A stretch of 64,000 nucleotides of DNA from positions 2,848,001-2,912,000 of the forward strand of contig CAXXLQ010000004.1 of the NCBI GenBank assembly GCA_963668695.2. The letters run 5' to 3'. Below the pieces are notes generated by a model. The model was not told the origin of the DNA and searched no databases. It saw only the letters and a program-made list of their open reading frames with translations. This document shows positions 53,100-63,135 of the stretch, piece after piece. The stretch is from Vicinamibacteria bacterium (GTDB taxonomy: Bacteria; Acidobacteriota; Vicinamibacteria; Marinacidobacterales; Marinacidobacteraceae). The first letter of the stretch is position 1. Each line of letters opens with the position of its first letter. The translations under genes were made by a program, and so were the position numbers.

Positions 53100-54305
53100 G
53101 TGGCGGCATTTGAGTCAGAGCTGCGTTCGTTTCGCGACTTCGGAACGCGAACGAGGCTGGTTCCATTTCCCGACCCGTCGGTCCGGCTTCCCGTGTACGT
53201 CAACGAGTTCTGGACCTCGAAGCAGCGGGCGGCCCATTCGCTGCACGAGATTTCGTACCGCGCCTGCTTCAAGCCGCAGTTGCCGCGCTTTTTCATTACC
53301 CGGCTGGCGCGGCCCGGAGACGTGGTGTACGACCCCTTCATGGGTCGGGGCACCACCCCGCTCGAGGCTGCCCTACTCGGGCGCCGAGCCGTCGGATCGG
53401 ACCTGAATCCATTGAGCGCCCGGCTGCTGGAACCCCGCCTGGATCCACCGCAAATCGCCGAGGTGGCCGCACGCCTCGAGTCGCTGGATCTCGAGCGCCC
53501 TTCCGATATCCCGGAGGAACTCCTCGCTTTCTACCATCCGGCCACCCTCCGGCGGGTGGTCAACCTCCGCCGGGAATTGCTCCGTCGCCGCGCGGAAGGA
53601 ACCCTCGACCGGGTGGACGCCTGGATCCAGATGGTCGCGACGAATCGGCTCACCGGGCACTCCCCGGGGTTCTTCTCGGTGTACACGCTGCCCCCCAACC
53701 AGGCGGCTTCGGTCCGGTCCCAGATCCGGATCAACGAGCGCCGGCAGCAGGCTCCTCCGGAGCGGGACGTGAAGGCTCTCATCCTGAGAAAGTCGGGGTC
53801 CCTGCTCGGCCGTTTCGATACCGGTGACGGCGTTCGGTTGGCGGGGGCAGACCCTCTTCTCCTGACCGCTTCGGCCGACTGCACGCCGGAGCTCGAGGAC
53901 GGGTCGGTCCGGTTGGTCGTGACCTCGCCGCCCTTCCTCGACGTCGTGAACTACCGGGCGGACAACTGGCTCCGTTGCTGGTTCAATGGAGTCGATCCGG
54001 ATAAGGTGGCGCTGTGGCACTGGAAGCGCGCGGCGGATTGGCAGGCGGCCATGACCCGGGTCTTCTCGGAGCTCTCCCGGGTCCTGGTCCCGTCCGGGTT
54101 GGTGGCCTTCGAAGTTGGCGAGGTGCGAAGTGGGCGCCTGCTGCTGGAGACCCTCGTGGTGCCGGCGGCCAGGGAGGCAGGACTCGAGCCGCTACTCGTG
54201 CTGGTGAACGATCAGCAGTTCACCAAGACCTCCAACTGCTGGGGGGTGGACAACCAGCGAAAGGGCACGAACACCAACCGCGTCGTGCTGCTCCGAAAGC
54301 CCTAG
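53100..54305 (+). CDS. Amino (N4-C/N6-A) DNA methyltransferase, orphan
   Basis: SYRACFKPQLP, DPFMGRGTT (motif I), VTSPPF (motif IV); start uncertain. Confidence 0.88.
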   Translation: MAAFESELRSFRDFGTRTRLVPFPDPSVRLPVYVNEFWTSKQRAAHSLHEISYRACFKPQLPRFFITRLARPGDVVYDPFMGRGTTPLEAALLGRRAVGSDLNPLSARLLEPRLDPPQIAEVAARLESLDLERPSDIPEELLAFYHPATLRRVVNLRRELLRRRAEGTLDRVDAWIQMVATNRLTGHSPGFFSVYTLPPNQAASVRSQIRINERRQQAPPERDVKALILRKSGSLLGRFDTGDGVRLAGADPLLLTASADCTPELEDGSVRLVVTSPPFLDVVNYRADNWLRCWFNGVDPDKVALWHWKRAADWQAAMTRVFSELSRVLVPSGLVAFEVGEVRSGRLLLETLVVPAAREAGLEPLLVLVNDQQFTKTSNCWGVDNQRKGTNTNRVVLLRKP

Positions 54306-54337
54306 CCCGAGGAAGACCTGACCGGATGGAGAGGCGC

Positions 54338-57250
54338 ATGACGGGCCGCCGGGGAGGTTCGCTGGTCCGGAACCTGTCTGCCTGGTTGCTTCTGCTCGGC
54401 GCGTCGGCCGCGAGTGCGGAGGAGCCCGGAGAAACGGCCCGGCGGGTCCTCGCTGGACTGACGCTCGATCAAAAGGTGGGCCAGGTGCTGATGCCGCGAG
54501 CCCCCGCGGAATTCCGGAACGTGGGAGATCCCGAGCGCCGGGAACTGCTCGAGCTGGCGGAAAGCGGCCGGCTGGGAGGGGTCGTGGTGTTCGCCGGCAG
54601 CCCCGAAGGCACGCGGGGAATCACCGCGGCGCTGCAGAACGTGGCGCCGCTCCCGCTGCTCGTTGCTGCCGACTACGAGTGGGGAACCCCGATGCGCACG
54701 GCCGGCGGCATCCGTTTTCCGCCGGCGATGCAGGCGGCGGCGGCGCCCGATCCCGCTGCTCTCGAACGCCAGGGGCGCATCGTGGCGCGGGAGGCGCGGG
54801 CGGTGGGAGTCCATCTGGTGCTCGCTCCGGTGCTGGACGTGCTCCAGAGCGCCTCGAGTGCGGTGATCGGGACCCGCTCATTCGGTTCCGACCCGGGTCT
54901 CGTTGCGGATCTCGGGGTCGCGTTCCTGCGAGGGATCGAAGCGGGCGGGGCGCTCGCCACTGCGAAGCACTTTCCCGGACACGGCGGAACCGGCACGGAC
55001 TCCCACAACGGGCTCGCCCTGGTCCCCGCGGATCGGGAACACCTCGACGCGGTGGATCTCGCTCCCTTCCGGGCGGCGGTGGCGGCGGGGGTTTCCGCAG
55101 TGATGCCGGGACACCTGGCGGTGCCGGCGCTCGACGGCCGGGACGATCGCCCGGCCATCCTGTCCCCGGAAATGCTCGAGGGGGTGCTTCGCTCGGAGAT
55201 GGGGTTCGACGGGTTGGTGGTGAGCGACGCGCTGGAGATGGAGGGCGCGCGCGCCGGACGCTTCGACGGTGAAGTGGCGGCGCTCGCGCTCGGGGCCGGG
55301 GTGGACGTCATCCTGGTGCCGCGCGATCCGGTGGTGGCCCACGGCGCGCTCGTCCGGGCGGTGCGCGCCGGCCGGCTCGACCCGGAACGGCTCGATGAGG
55401 CGGTGCTGCGCGTGCTGGAGGCGAAGGCGCGCCTCGGTCTCTTCGCCGACCGCACCCCGCCGGAGCCGCTCGCTGAGGCGTTCGGGGATCCGGCCGCCCG
55501 CGACTGGGCGGAGACGCTTTTTGCCCGCGGGTTGACGCTCCTCCGCGATCCGGAGGGGCTGGTCCCCTGGTCCACCCGCCTCACCGGGAAGAGGCCGGGA
55601 GCGTCCGACCTGACGCCCGACCTGCTGCTCGTCGAGATCCATCAGGAAGGTCCCTACGAGCCGGATCGCCGGCCGTTCCGGGAAGCCCTGCGCCGGAGAG
55701 GCGCCCTGTTGTCGAGGATTCCGACGACCCGTCACGGCGCCCTGCCGCTTCCCCGCTTCGCTCGGGATGCCGACCGGGCCGCTGCGGTGGTGGTGGCCGA
55801 TTTCCGGAGAGACGGTCTCGAAATGGCGGATGAGTTGCTGAATGCGGTCACTCCCTTCGCCGAGAAGTTGCTCGTGGTTTCCTTCGGCAATCCGCACGGC
55901 GTCCGGAACGCGCCGCCGGAGGCGGCAATCCTGCTCGCCTGGGACGGCGCCCGCGAGAACCAGGAAGCGGCGGCGGCCGCGCTCTTTGGCGAGAGTGCGG
56001 TGGCGGGACGCCTCCCGATCCCGCTCGAGGGGCAGGCCGCGGGAGCGGGTGTCCCAAAACAGGCGGAGCGCCAACGGCTCCGCGCGGTCCAACCCGGGGA
56101 GGTCGGCATGAGTCCCGAAGGCGTAGAGAACATCCGCGCGGTGATCGAGGATGCCATCGCCGAAGGCGTGACGCCGGGCGCGAGCGCTCTCGTGGTGCAC
56201 CGGGGCAGGGTGCTGTTTCAGGAGGGCTTTGGCCGGCTGACCTACGACGAGGACGCGCCGGCGGTGACTCCGGACACGATGTACGACCTGGCGTCGCTCA
56301 CCAAGGTCGTCGGGACGACAACCCTGGTGATGATGCTGGTTGAAGAGCGCGCGCTCGACATTTCGCTTCCGGTGAGCGCGTACCTGCCGGAGTTCCTCGA
56401 CCAGGCGCCCACCGGGGAAGAGCGGAACCGGCGGTCCGCCGTGACCGTCGCCGATCTGCTGGCTCACTGCTCGGGTCTTCCGGCATGGATCCAGTTCTAT
56501 CTGGAGTTCGACCCCGAGGCCCGCGGTCTGCCGCTCGACGAGGCCAGAAAGCTCGTCTTCGACCGGATCATGGGTGCGGCGTCCGACTACGAACCGCGCA
56601 CCGACACGGTGTATTCCGACAACGGAGTCCTCCTGGTGGGAGAAATCATCGAGCGGGTCTCCGGCAAGACTCTGGATGCACTCGTTCAGGAACGCCTCTT
56701 CGTCCCTCTCGGAATGGTGAACACGCGCTACCGGCCGCCGGCGGAATGGCTCGACCGCATCGCGCCGACCGAGGACAACCCCTGGCGGGGCACCGTGGTT
56801 CGCGGACAGGTGCACGACGAGAACACGGTGGTGCTCGGCGAGGTGGCGGCGCACGCCGGGCTCTTCAGCACCACCGGCGATCTGGGTGTCTTCCTCCAGA
56901 TGCTGCTGAACGGCGGTTCGATGAACGGCCGGCGGCTGCTGCGCGCGGACACCATCGCCCGCTTCACGCGACGCGTGGAACTCGTGCCGGGCAGCAGCCG
57001 GGCGCTCGGCTGGGACACCCCGTCCCGGAGTTCGTCCGGAGGCCCCTCTTCCGCGGGCGACCATTTCTCCGCTTCGTCCTTCGGCCATACGGGTTTCACC
57101 GGCACCTCGATCTGGGTGGATCCGGAACGCGAGCTCTTTGCGGTGCTGCTGACCAATCGCGTGTATCCCACGCGGGAAAACGAGGGAATCTTCCGCCTGC
57201 GTCCGGCCTTTCACGACGCGGTCATCGCGGCGCTCGGGGAAGATCCCTGA
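54338..57250 (+). CDS. GH3 beta-N-acetylhexosaminidase fused to a beta-lactamase-family serine hydrolase
   Basis: APVLD, RSFG, KHFPGHG..DSH, SDAL (GH3); then LASLTK (SxxK), YSD, VHDEN, GHTGFTG. Confidence 0.92.
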   Translation: MTGRRGGSLVRNLSAWLLLLGASAASAEEPGETARRVLAGLTLDQKVGQVLMPRAPAEFRNVGDPERRELLELAESGRLGGVVVFAGSPEGTRGITAALQNVAPLPLLVAADYEWGTPMRTAGGIRFPPAMQAAAAPDPAALERQGRIVAREARAVGVHLVLAPVLDVLQSASSAVIGTRSFGSDPGLVADLGVAFLRGIEAGGALATAKHFPGHGGTGTDSHNGLALVPADREHLDAVDLAPFRAAVAAGVSAVMPGHLAVPALDGRDDRPAILSPEMLEGVLRSEMGFDGLVVSDALEMEGARAGRFDGEVAALALGAGVDVILVPRDPVVAHGALVRAVRAGRLDPERLDEAVLRVLEAKARLGLFADRTPPEPLAEAFGDPAARDWAETLFARGLTLLRDPEGLVPWSTRLTGKRPGASDLTPDLLLVEIHQEGPYEPDRRPFREALRRRGALLSRIPTTRHGALPLPRFARDADRAAAVVVADFRRDGLEMADELLNAVTPFAEKLLVVSFGNPHGVRNAPPEAAILLAWDGARENQEAAAAALFGESAVAGRLPIPLEGQAAGAGVPKQAERQRLRAVQPGEVGMSPEGVENIRAVIEDAIAEGVTPGASALVVHRGRVLFQEGFGRLTYDEDAPAVTPDTMYDLASLTKVVGTTTLVMMLVEERALDISLPVSAYLPEFLDQAPTGEERNRRSAVTVADLLAHCSGLPAWIQFYLEFDPEARGLPLDEARKLVFDRIMGAASDYEPRTDTVYSDNGVLLVGEIIERVSGKTLDALVQERLFVPLGMVNTRYRPPAEWLDRIAPTEDNPWRGTVVRGQVHDENTVVLGEVAAHAGLFSTTGDLGVFLQMLLNGGSMNGRRLLRADTIARFTRRVELVPGSSRALGWDTPSRSSSGGPSSAGDHFSASSFGHTGFTGTSIWVDPERELFAVLLTNRVYPTRENEGIFRLRPAFHDAVIAALGEDP

Positions 57251-57396
57251 GTCGATCCGGTCTGCCCCGCGCAGAACCCGGTTGCCGGCGTTCCGGTTTG
57301 GCGGGGGATTGTGGTTCCCGTACACTCATAAGGTTCGGCGCCGCCACGGTGCCGGTGTTTGATATCCGGTCGGGGCAGGAGCTCCGGGAGAAAGAA

Positions 57397-58557
57397 ATGA
57401 AAAACAAGAATCTGGCTCTTGTCCTGATCGCTTTGGGGACGGCCTTCGCCGTCGGCTGTCAGGCTGACGCCGAACGGACGAGCGGCGCACCGATGGACGA
57501 CCCGCACGCGGAGCACGCGGTAATGCCCGAGGTGGATCCGCATTGGCCCATGCTTCCCGACGACTGGCTGATCGGGGAAGTCGCCGGGATCGCGGTGGAC
57601 ATGAACGACCACATCTGGCTCATTCATCGTCCCCGCACCCTGAACGCCGACGAAGCGGGGCTCGCGCAGGATCCGCCCCTCTCCCAGTGTTGCAACCCGG
57701 CGCCGCCGGTGCTGAAGTTCGACGCCGACGGGAACCTGCTCGACAGTTGGGGCGACGCGGGCGGCTATCAGGGCGAGGGCTACGAGTGGCCGGCGAGCGA
57801 GCACGGGATCTTCGTGGACCACCTGGGGAACGTCTGGATCGCCGGCAACGGGCCCGACGACCACCAGGTCCTCAAGTTCAGCGGTGACGGCACCTTCCTC
57901 ATGCAGATCGGGCAGGCGGGCCGCACCGAAGGCAGCAATAACACCGAGTTTCTCGGACGCCCCGCCGACATGGAAGTGGATCCCGAGACCAACGAGCTCT
58001 ACATCGCGGACGGCTACCTCAACAAGCGCGTCATCGTGTTCAATGCCGAGACCGGTGAGTATCTGCGGCACTGGGGCGCCTACGGGCACGAGCCCTCCGA
58101 CGAGGACACCGGCGGGTTCGCCCCGGGCTCCGAGCCGATCCAGCAGTTCCGGAACCCGGTGCACGCCGTCCGGATCGCCAAGGACGGGATGGTCTACGTG
58201 GCCGACCGGGTGAACAACCGGATCCAGGTGTTTCAGAAGGACGGGACCTACGTGAGCGAGATGATCGTGGAAGGGAACAGCCTCGGGAACGGCTCCACCT
58301 GGGACCTCGAGCTCTCGCCGGACGAAGGGCAGGTGGATCTTTACAACGCGGACGGCCAGAACCAGCGGATCCACATCATCAACCGCGCCACGATGGAGAT
58401 CGAGGCTTACTTCGGGCGGCGCGGCCGTTACGCCGGCCAGTTCCACTGGGTCCACAACCTGGTCGTGGATTCGATGGGCAACTTCTACACCGCCGAGGTG
58501 AACCAGGGACGCCGGGCGCAGAAGTTCGTCGTGAGCCACGCGGGTCACGTCCACTGA
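57397..58557 (+). CDS. NHL-repeat beta-propeller lipoprotein (peptidyl-hydroxyglycine alpha-amidating lyase-like)
   Basis: AVGC lipobox; EHGIFVD, YIADGY.N.R, YVADRVNNRIQVF, FHWVH. Confidence 0.88.
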   Translation: MKNKNLALVLIALGTAFAVGCQADAERTSGAPMDDPHAEHAVMPEVDPHWPMLPDDWLIGEVAGIAVDMNDHIWLIHRPRTLNADEAGLAQDPPLSQCCNPAPPVLKFDADGNLLDSWGDAGGYQGEGYEWPASEHGIFVDHLGNVWIAGNGPDDHQVLKFSGDGTFLMQIGQAGRTEGSNNTEFLGRPADMEVDPETNELYIADGYLNKRVIVFNAETGEYLRHWGAYGHEPSDEDTGGFAPGSEPIQQFRNPVHAVRIAKDGMVYVADRVNNRIQVFQKDGTYVSEMIVEGNSLGNGSTWDLELSPDEGQVDLYNADGQNQRIHIINRATMEIEAYFGRRGRYAGQFHWVHNLVVDSMGNFYTAEVNQGRRAQKFVVSHAGHVH

Positions 58558-58616
58558 TCGCCGCCCGGGTTCGGGAATCCCTGAGAAAGCCCTCCCTGAG
58601 AAAGTCCTGACCCGAA

Positions 58617-58657
58617 GGCCGTGCGCCTCGCTTCGGGCGAGGCGCACGGTCGTTTTT
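58617..58657 (+). terminator. Intrinsic terminator
   Basis: Stem CCGTGCGCCTCGC / GCGAGGCGCACGG followed by TTTTT, ~60 bp after the NHL gene stop. Confidence 0.7.
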
Positions 58658-58694
58658 GTCCTCGCCCGGCGCGAGTCGCGGGCCTGATCGCATC

Positions 58695-60026
58695 ATGCAG
58701 AAGCGCGCCCGAACAGTGGCTTCGCTGCTCGCAGCGACCCTTGTCTTCCTGGCCGTCGTTCCGCGGCCGGCGGTTGCGCATGACATCCCGGACGAGGTCC
58801 GGATCCCCGTCTTCGTGCGCGAGCTGGACGGAGAGCTGCACCTGGTGGCCCGGGTGCCGCTGCTCCTGCTGCTGTCTCTGAACGTGCCCAAGTGGGGCGC
58901 CGGGTTCCTTGATTTCGAGCGCGCGGATCCCGCGCTCCGGCGTGCGGGGGAGGCGTTCGGCGCCGAAGCGCCGCTGTTCCATCCCGACGGCAGCCTCCTG
59001 CCGCCCACGCTGCGGAGCTACCGGATCGCGCTCCCGTGGGACCGCTCCTTCACCTCCTTCGAATCGGCTCGGGAGACGGTCCTCTCCGAGTCGCTGCCAT
59101 CCGATACCCAGATCTTCTGGAATCAGGGTTTTCTGGATCTTTATCTGACCTATCCGGCACCGACCGACGGAAGCGCGTCCATCGAGTGCACGGTCGCACC
59201 CGGTTTTGGCGACCGGGTAGCGCTCGATCTCGTTTACGAGCGGCGTGCCGAGGACGCGGATGACTGGAAGAGCCACCTCTTCCATATCAGCATCCGGGAG
59301 GGGCGGGTGGTTCTCGACCCCTCGCCCTTCCAGGCCTTTTTCGCCTTCGGACGCTCCGGGGTCGAACACATCCTCACCGGCTGGGACCACCTGCTCTTCC
59401 TGATCTGCCTCATTGCTCCCTTCGGACAGCTCGGGCGCCTCCGGCACCTTCTCTTGATCGTGACCGGGTTCACCGTGGCCCACTCGGTGACCCTGGTGGC
59501 GGCGGCGCTCGGCCACGCTCCGACCGCGCTGTGGTTCGTTCCGCTCGTCGAGGGCGTCGTGGCGCTCTCGATCCTCTATACGGCGATCGAAAACCTGATT
59601 TCGGCAAGCGTCGTGCGGCGGGCGGTACTGGCTTTCGGCTTCGGGCTCTTCCACGGCTTTGGCTTCGCTTTCGCGCTCGGCGAATCGCTGGCCTTCGCCG
59701 GCGACCACCTCCCGCTCGCGCTCTTTTCGTTCAATCTGGGAGTGGAGGCAGGCCAGGCCGCGGTTGTCCTCGCGGTCATTCCGATCCTCCATCTGCTGGG
59801 CGGTCGCGAGCGGTCCCGGTTCGCGGTGACGGCCCTGCTCTCGGTGGTTGGCGGTCACGCCGCGTGGCACCTGCTCGAATCCCGCTACTCCGAGCTGACC
59901 CGGGCCTGGGCGATCTCGGGGGGGGCGCCGCCTTCATGGTCCTGGCTGCTTTGGCCGCTCATCCTCGCCGGCGCCGCCGGCTGGGCGGCAGTGGTATGGC
60001 GCCGCCGCGCGCCAAGTCGAGGCTGA
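58695..60026 (+). CDS. HupE/UreJ family membrane protein
   Basis: Signal peptide ending AHD; HILTGWDHLLF, FTVAHSVTL, FGLFHGFGFA, FNLGVEAGQ. Confidence 0.9.
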   Translation: MQKRARTVASLLAATLVFLAVVPRPAVAHDIPDEVRIPVFVRELDGELHLVARVPLLLLLSLNVPKWGAGFLDFERADPALRRAGEAFGAEAPLFHPDGSLLPPTLRSYRIALPWDRSFTSFESARETVLSESLPSDTQIFWNQGFLDLYLTYPAPTDGSASIECTVAPGFGDRVALDLVYERRAEDADDWKSHLFHISIREGRVVLDPSPFQAFFAFGRSGVEHILTGWDHLLFLICLIAPFGQLGRLRHLLLIVTGFTVAHSVTLVAAALGHAPTALWFVPLVEGVVALSILYTAIENLISASVVRRAVLAFGFGLFHGFGFAFALGESLAFAGDHLPLALFSFNLGVEAGQAAVVLAVIPILHLLGGRERSRFAVTALLSVVGGHAAWHLLESRYSELTRAWAISGGAPPSWSWLLWPLILAGAAGWAAVVWRRRAPSRG

Positions 60027-60114
60027 CCGCCCCCGCGGGAGGCCACCGGTCCCAGGCGGCGGCGCGCTCAGGCGGGTCGGCGGTACCCAGCGGGCGGGGC
60101 TCCATTCCCGGTGT

Positions 60115-60758
60115 CAACAACCTGTGGTGAAACCCAGGCGGCGTTCAAGCGGCGATCGATCCCGCCGGAATACAACCCGGTATTCCTCCCTCACGCGCCT
60201 TGTCAGCCGGGCCCCCACCGGGAGGACTGGCCCCACCGGGAGAACTGGGCCTCGCCCCCACCGGGAGGACTGGCCGACCTCGGCGCTCACGTGGGTTCCA
60301 CCACCGGCTGTTCACCGCGTCGCTTCGCGCCGCTCATCGTTGCGTTTCGGTCGGAATACACCCGGTATTCCTCCCTCACGCGCCTTGTCAGCCGGGCCCC
60401 CACCGGGAGGACTGGCCCCACCGGGAGAACTGGGCCTCGCCCCCACCGGGAGGACTGGCCAACCTCGGCGCTCACGTGGGTTCCACCACCGGCTGTTCAC
60501 CGCGTCGCTTCGCGCCGCTCATCGTTGCGTTTCGGTCGGAATACACCCGGTATTCCTCCCTCACGCGCCTTGTCAGCCGGGCGCCTCCCCGGCCTCGGCG
60601 CTCCCGTGGGCTCCACCACCGGCTGTTCACCGCGCCGCTTCGCTCCGTTCTGCGTTGCGTTTCGGTCGAAATACACCCGGCATTCCTCCCTCACGCGCCT
60701 TGTCAGCCGGGCGCCTCACCGCTCTCGGCGCTCACCCGGGTTCCACCACAGGCTGTTA
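60115..60758 (+). mobile_element. Compound family A MITE-like element (tandem internal repeats)
   Basis: CA|ACAACCTGTGG ... CCACAGGCTGT|TA; core TTCCTCCCTCACGCGCCTTGTCAGCCGGG four times (spacing ~185, ~185, ~129) with nested modules. Confidence 0.85.
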
Positions 60759-60771
60759 GCATGCGGCGCCG

Positions 60772-61857
60772 ATGAGTCCACCCCCCTCTGCGCCCGCGTC
60801 CAGCCCTCCCATCCGCATCGAGCGGGTCCCTGAGTCCCGGCTGCCCCAGGTAGATCTGACGAACGTAGCGTTCGGTCGGGTGTACAGCGACCACATGCTG
60901 AGCGCCCGCTGCCGCGACGGCGGGTGGGACGCCCCGGAGATCGTTCCGTTCGGAGACATCTCGCTCCATCCGGCGACGGCGGTGTTCCACTACGCCCAGG
61001 CCATCTTCGAGGGGATGAAGGCGCACCTGACCGACGACGGCGTTCCGGTGCTCTTCCGGCCGGAGGAAAACTGGCGGCGCTTGAACCGGTCGGCGCGCCG
61101 GATGGTGATGGCCGAGGTCCCGGAGGACATTTTCCTCGGCGGCGTCCGTGAACTCGTCCGGCTCGACCGGGACTGGATCCCCGGAAACGAGTTCGGCTCC
61201 CTCTACATTCGCCCCTTTCTGTTCGCCTCCGATCCCTTCATCGGGGTAAGTCCCTCGCGGGAATACCGGTTCTTCATATTCACCGCCCCGGTCGGCGCCT
61301 ACTACGAAGGCTCGGTGAGCCTCTACGTGACCAGGAAGTGGATTCGCGCTGCCGAGGGTGGCATCGGAGAAGCGAAGGCCGCCGGAAACTACTCCGCGAG
61401 CTACTACGGGATGGCGGAGGCTAAGGAGCATGGCTGCGACAACGTGCTCTGGCTGGACGCGAAGGAACACCGGTTTGTCGAGGAATGCGGCACGATGAAC
61501 ATGATGTTCGTGATCGGCGATCGGGTGGTAACGCCGCCTCTCGGGGGCACCATCCTGCCGGGGATCACCCGGGACAGTGCGATCCGGCTCCTCCGCGAGC
61601 AACTGGGAACCGCGGTGGAGGAACGGCCGGTATCCATCGAGGAAGTGGCCGAGGCGCACGCTTCCGGGACGCTTCGCGAATGCTTCGGGGTGGGAACCGC
61701 CGCGGTCGTGACTCCGGTTGCGCGTTTGACCGGCGGCGGCGTGGAAGTCAACCTCCCGGAGGAAACCCCGATACAGGACGCGTTACGGGATGTGCTGACC
61801 GGGATCCGACTCGGGCGCCGTCCCGATCCCTACGGCTGGGTGGACCGGCTTCTCTGA
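60772..61857 (+). CDS. ilvE: Branched-chain amino acid aminotransferase
   Basis: FHYAQAIFEGMKA, LFRP, LYIRP, KAAGNY, EECGTMN, ILPGITR, GTAA. Confidence 0.95.
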   Translation: MSPPPSAPASSPPIRIERVPESRLPQVDLTNVAFGRVYSDHMLSARCRDGGWDAPEIVPFGDISLHPATAVFHYAQAIFEGMKAHLTDDGVPVLFRPEENWRRLNRSARRMVMAEVPEDIFLGGVRELVRLDRDWIPGNEFGSLYIRPFLFASDPFIGVSPSREYRFFIFTAPVGAYYEGSVSLYVTRKWIRAAEGGIGEAKAAGNYSASYYGMAEAKEHGCDNVLWLDAKEHRFVEECGTMNMMFVIGDRVVTPPLGGTILPGITRDSAIRLLREQLGTAVEERPVSIEEVAEAHASGTLRECFGVGTAAVVTPVARLTGGGVEVNLPEETPIQDALRDVLTGIRLGRRPDPYGWVDRLL

Positions 61858-61869
61858 CAGTCCGTCGTC

Positions 61870-63135
61870 TTGACGGTTCTCGGAGGCGGCCGGGTCGCGG
61901 CGATCGTTCTGGCAGTTGCCTCGCTTGCCTGCGGGTCTCCGACCGGCGATCCGCTTGCTCCCGGACACGTTCTACCTGGTCTCGACCGGCTCGTTGCCGA
62001 GGGACCCGGGGACCTGCTCGGCAAACGGGTGGGGCTGATCACGAACCACACCGGCCGCACCATCGACGGAAGGTCTGCGGCCACCGCGCTCTTGGAAGCG
62101 GGGGTCCACGTCGAGGTGCTCTTTGGTCCGGAGCACGGCGTCTCGGGATCGGCCGCCGCCGGCGAGGGGGTCGCATCGGGCCGCGATCCGGAGACCGGTC
62201 TTCCGGTGGTGAGCCTCTACGGTGAGCAGCGGATCCCCAGCGAAGCGTCGCTGGCCGGACTGGATGCGCTCGTTTTCGACATCCAGGACATCGGGGTTCG
62301 CTTCTACACCTACATTTCCACCCTCCGGAACTCGCTGGTCGCCGCTTCCCGGGTGGGTCTCGAATTCTGGGTGCTGGACCGGCCCAACCCGAACGGCGGG
62401 GACCGGGTAGAAGGTCCGATGCTGGAGCCGGAGTTCCAATCCTTTGTGGGGACGGACCGGCTGCCCCTGCTCCACGGGATGACGGTCGGCGAGCTGGCCC
62501 GGCTCTTCGCGGCGCGCGAGGGGGTATCGGTGCAGGTGGTCCCGGTGAAGGAGCTGAGCCGCGCCACCCGCTGGGAGGAAACCGGACTGCCCTGGCGGGC
62601 GCCTTCCCCCAACATCCCAACGCTTGAGAGCGCTCGCGTCTATCCCGGTTTCGGATTGTTCGAGGGAGTGATGCTGTCGGAGGGGCGGGGGACCGCGACC
62701 CCCTTCGAGGTCGTGGGGGCTCCCTGGGTGGATCCGGGGGCCTGGCTCTCGGCGCTAGGGGGGCCGCTGGCGGTTCCGGGAGTCCGGTTTTCCGAGGTGC
62801 GGTTCACGCCCCGGCCGCTTGCCGCCGCTCCCAATCCGCGCTTCGCCGGCGAAGAGGCCGCCGGGCTGCGCGTCGAGATCACCGATCCGGTCGCGTTTCG
62901 ACCGGTGAGGAGCGCTCTGGAGGCGATCCAGGCGGTCCGAAGAACCCATCCGGAGGAGTTCGCGTGGCGGATCAGCGGCGGGCGTTACTGGCTGGATCTC
63001 CTGCTCGGAACGGACCGGATCCGCATCGGGATCGAGCGGGGAGAGCCGGTGGCCAACCTCATGGACGACGCGGACGAGGCGGTGCGCCGCTTCCTGCCGG
63101 AGCGCAGCCGCCATCTCCTGTACTCCGAACGATGA
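61870..63135 (+). CDS. DUF1343 exo-beta-N-acetylmuramidase (NamZ/YbbC family) lipoprotein
   Basis: GLITNHTG, PEHG, SLYG, DIQDIGVRFYTY, LDRPNP, HGMTVGE, PSPNIP, SEGRGT. Confidence 0.92.
   Translation: MTVLGGGRVAAIVLAVASLACGSPTGDPLAPGHVLPGLDRLVAEGPGDLLGKRVGLITNHTGRTIDGRSAATALLEAGVHVEVLFGPEHGVSGSAAAGEGVASGRDPETGLPVVSLYGEQRIPSEASLAGLDALVFDIQDIGVRFYTYISTLRNSLVAASRVGLEFWVLDRPNPNGGDRVEGPMLEPEFQSFVGTDRLPLLHGMTVGELARLFAAREGVSVQVVPVKELSRATRWEETGLPWRAPSPNIPTLESARVYPGFGLFEGVMLSEGRGTATPFEVVGAPWVDPGAWLSALGGPLAVPGVRFSEVRFTPRPLAAAPNPRFAGEEAAGLRVEITDPVAFRPVRSALEAIQAVRRTHPEEFAWRISGGRYWLDLLLGTDRIRIGIERGEPVANLMDDADEAVRRFLPERSRHLLYSER

Noticed and set aside
46795-54305. Anti-phage defence island (helicase + nuclease + methyltransferase)
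   Set aside because: The addB-addA order and motifs fit housekeeping recombination repair; the methylase is divergent and no other defence genes are evident.
60111-60833. ORFs within family A repeats (also 7966-8220, 16094-16933, 35867-36275, 45819-46394)
   Set aside because: They are translations of the repeat (SSLTRLVSRAP, PHRENW) with no domain signal.
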